This document shows, in pieces, positions 27,068 to 27,880 of a DNA stretch of 27,880 nucleotides. Every line of letters starts with the position of its first letter. The stretch's first letter is position 1. The stretch comes from an uncultured archaeon (lineage in GTDB: Archaea; Asgardarchaeota; Lokiarchaeia; Sigyniarchaeales; SOKP01). A model generated the notes under the pieces. The model made no database searches. It had not been told where the DNA came from and worked only from the letters and a program-made list of their open reading frames with translations. Both the position numbers and the translations under genes were made by a program. The DNA lies in assembly GCA_964447495.1 (NCBI GenBank), contig CAYUTF010000038.1:1-27880 (forward strand). The letters are read 5' to 3'.

Positions 27068-27088
27068 TTTATCGAATATTTAGATAAA
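27068..27088. promoter_or_regulatory. LysR-type operator TTTATC-N9-GATAAA upstream of the tusA-like gene
   Basis: Perfect 6-bp inverted repeat containing ATC-N9-GAT (T27072-N11-A27084), about 65 bp before the tusA-like ATG. Confidence 0.5.
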
Positions 27089-27152
27089 CTCTTACAAAAA
27101 AATTAATAAATATTTTTTTATTCTTTTTCACATACAAATAATAAGAATAGAA

Positions 27153-27380
27153 ATGCCAAATAAGTATAGCATAGATTGCAATGGGCTCGTTTGCCCCTTA
27201 CCTGTCGCTAAAACCAGAAAGAAATTGAGTGAGTTGAAAAGTGGCGAAATTCTCGAGATTTTTGGTGATTTCGGCGATTCAGGAGAAAATATCGTTGTAT
27301 TTTGTGAGAGTCAAGGCTATAAGATTTTAAAGTGCCAAATCGAGAAAGATAAATACCATATCAAAATTCAAAAAGAATAA
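27153..27380 (+). CDS. tusA: TusA/SirA/YedF-family sulfur carrier protein
   Basis: IDCNGLVCPLPVAKTRKKL (CPxP motif), GEILEI; 75 aa. Confidence 0.88.
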   Translation: MPNKYSIDCNGLVCPLPVAKTRKKLSELKSGEILEIFGDFGDSGENIVVFCESQGYKILKCQIEKDKYHIKIQKE

Positions 27381-27418
27381 TTTTAAAAAGGTACCACTCT
27401 ATTTCTAAGTTGATTAAT

Positions 27419-27625
27419 ATGCCCATAGTTCATGTAAATATGTGGAAAGGAATTTCTGAAGATATAGTCGAAAAAATTATCGCAGGAATAACTCAAGTAT
27501 TTGTTGATATGGGAATCCCCGCTCATGCTGTTGAGGTTATCGTACATGAGATTCCAAAATCGCATTGGGGTATCGAAGGTAAACCCGCAACAAAAACCCG
27601 TCCAGATGCAGAGCTCCCAAAGTAA
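27419..27625 (+). CDS. 4-oxalocrotonate tautomerase family protein
   Basis: Start corrected to ATG 27419 so that Pro follows Met: MPIVHVNMWKG...VEVIVHEIPKSHWGIEGKPA (catalytic Pro1 and the WG.GG-like end). Confidence 0.88.
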   Translation: MPIVHVNMWKGISEDIVEKIIAGITQVFVDMGIPAHAVEVIVHEIPKSHWGIEGKPATKTRPDAELPK

Positions 27626-27836
27626 CGTAGTTGAAAATTGGAATGTTAAAACTGTTATAAAAATAATGAGATTAATGTATTTTTGCCCAAATCTCAATAT
27701 ACTTTAGATCTAGGGATGATGTTTCACCTATAATATTATTCCATTTTAACTTTTATCTCTTTTTAGTATTCAACTCTTTAAGCAAATTTTTTCGAAAAAT
27801 TTTTTGTATTTGCATTCCTTTTTTATATGGTATGAA

Positions 27837-27880
27837 ATGTCCGAAAAAGTCGAAGATCGAATAATAGAATTAGAAGAACG
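27837..27880 (+). CDS. 5' end of a gene running off the window (MSEKVEDRIIELEE...)
   Basis: ATG at 27837; frame open to the window end with coiled-coil-like sequence. Confidence 0.5.
   Translation, partial: MSEKVEDRIIELEE

Noticed and set aside
27383-27707. ORFs 27383-27697 (-) and 27501-27707 (+), and the TTG start at 27410
   Set aside because: Both ORFs overlap the clear tautomerase gene. The tautomerase needs Pro at position 2, which fixes its start at ATG 27419.
27784-27806. Near-palindrome AAATTTTTTCGAAAAATTTTTTG
   Set aside because: Low-complexity A/T runs around TCGA, expected by chance in this AT-rich intergenic DNA.

Overview
AT-rich, gene-dense prokaryotic window. GTGA-type ribosome-binding motifs, TTG/GTG starts and the gene content (tungsten/molybdenum aldehyde:ferredoxin oxidoreductase, DUF1998 helicase, Lys/Ile/Asn-rich hypotheticals) suggest an archaeon, probably Asgard/Lokiarchaeia. 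That assignment is inference. Left part: a truncated Eis-like GNAT gene missing from the ORF track, an acyl-CoA dehydrogenase, a 71-aa Cys4 coiled-coil miniprotein, a DUF4139 protein, a thioredoxin-like protein and AOR. Next is an accessory block (about 7.9-11.5 kb) with a gene remnant and a translationally coupled pair. The larger protein of the pair has a Zn-finger N-terminus, four tandem helical repeats and a PD-(D/E)XK-like C-terminus. It is followed by a Hrq1/MrfA-type helicase, two membrane proteins, an FGGY kinase and a LysR regulator. Right part: a compact histidine operon (degenerate barrel-hisIE, hisG, hisD, hisC, hisB, hisH, fused hisA-hisF) between the LysR gene and a tusA-like gene that has a LysR-type box, then a tautomerase. 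Most notable: (1) an unannotated uORF ending ...NHHLHHCLRNE* with competing hairpins and a U-tract just ahead of the his operon, a candidate histidine-sensing attenuator in an apparent archaeon; (2) a full-length HisA-HisF double-barrel fusion; (3) a decayed HisA-like barrel fused to HisIE; (4) a plant/Chloroflexota-type HisG; (5) the Zn-finger/repeat/nuclease two-gene module.
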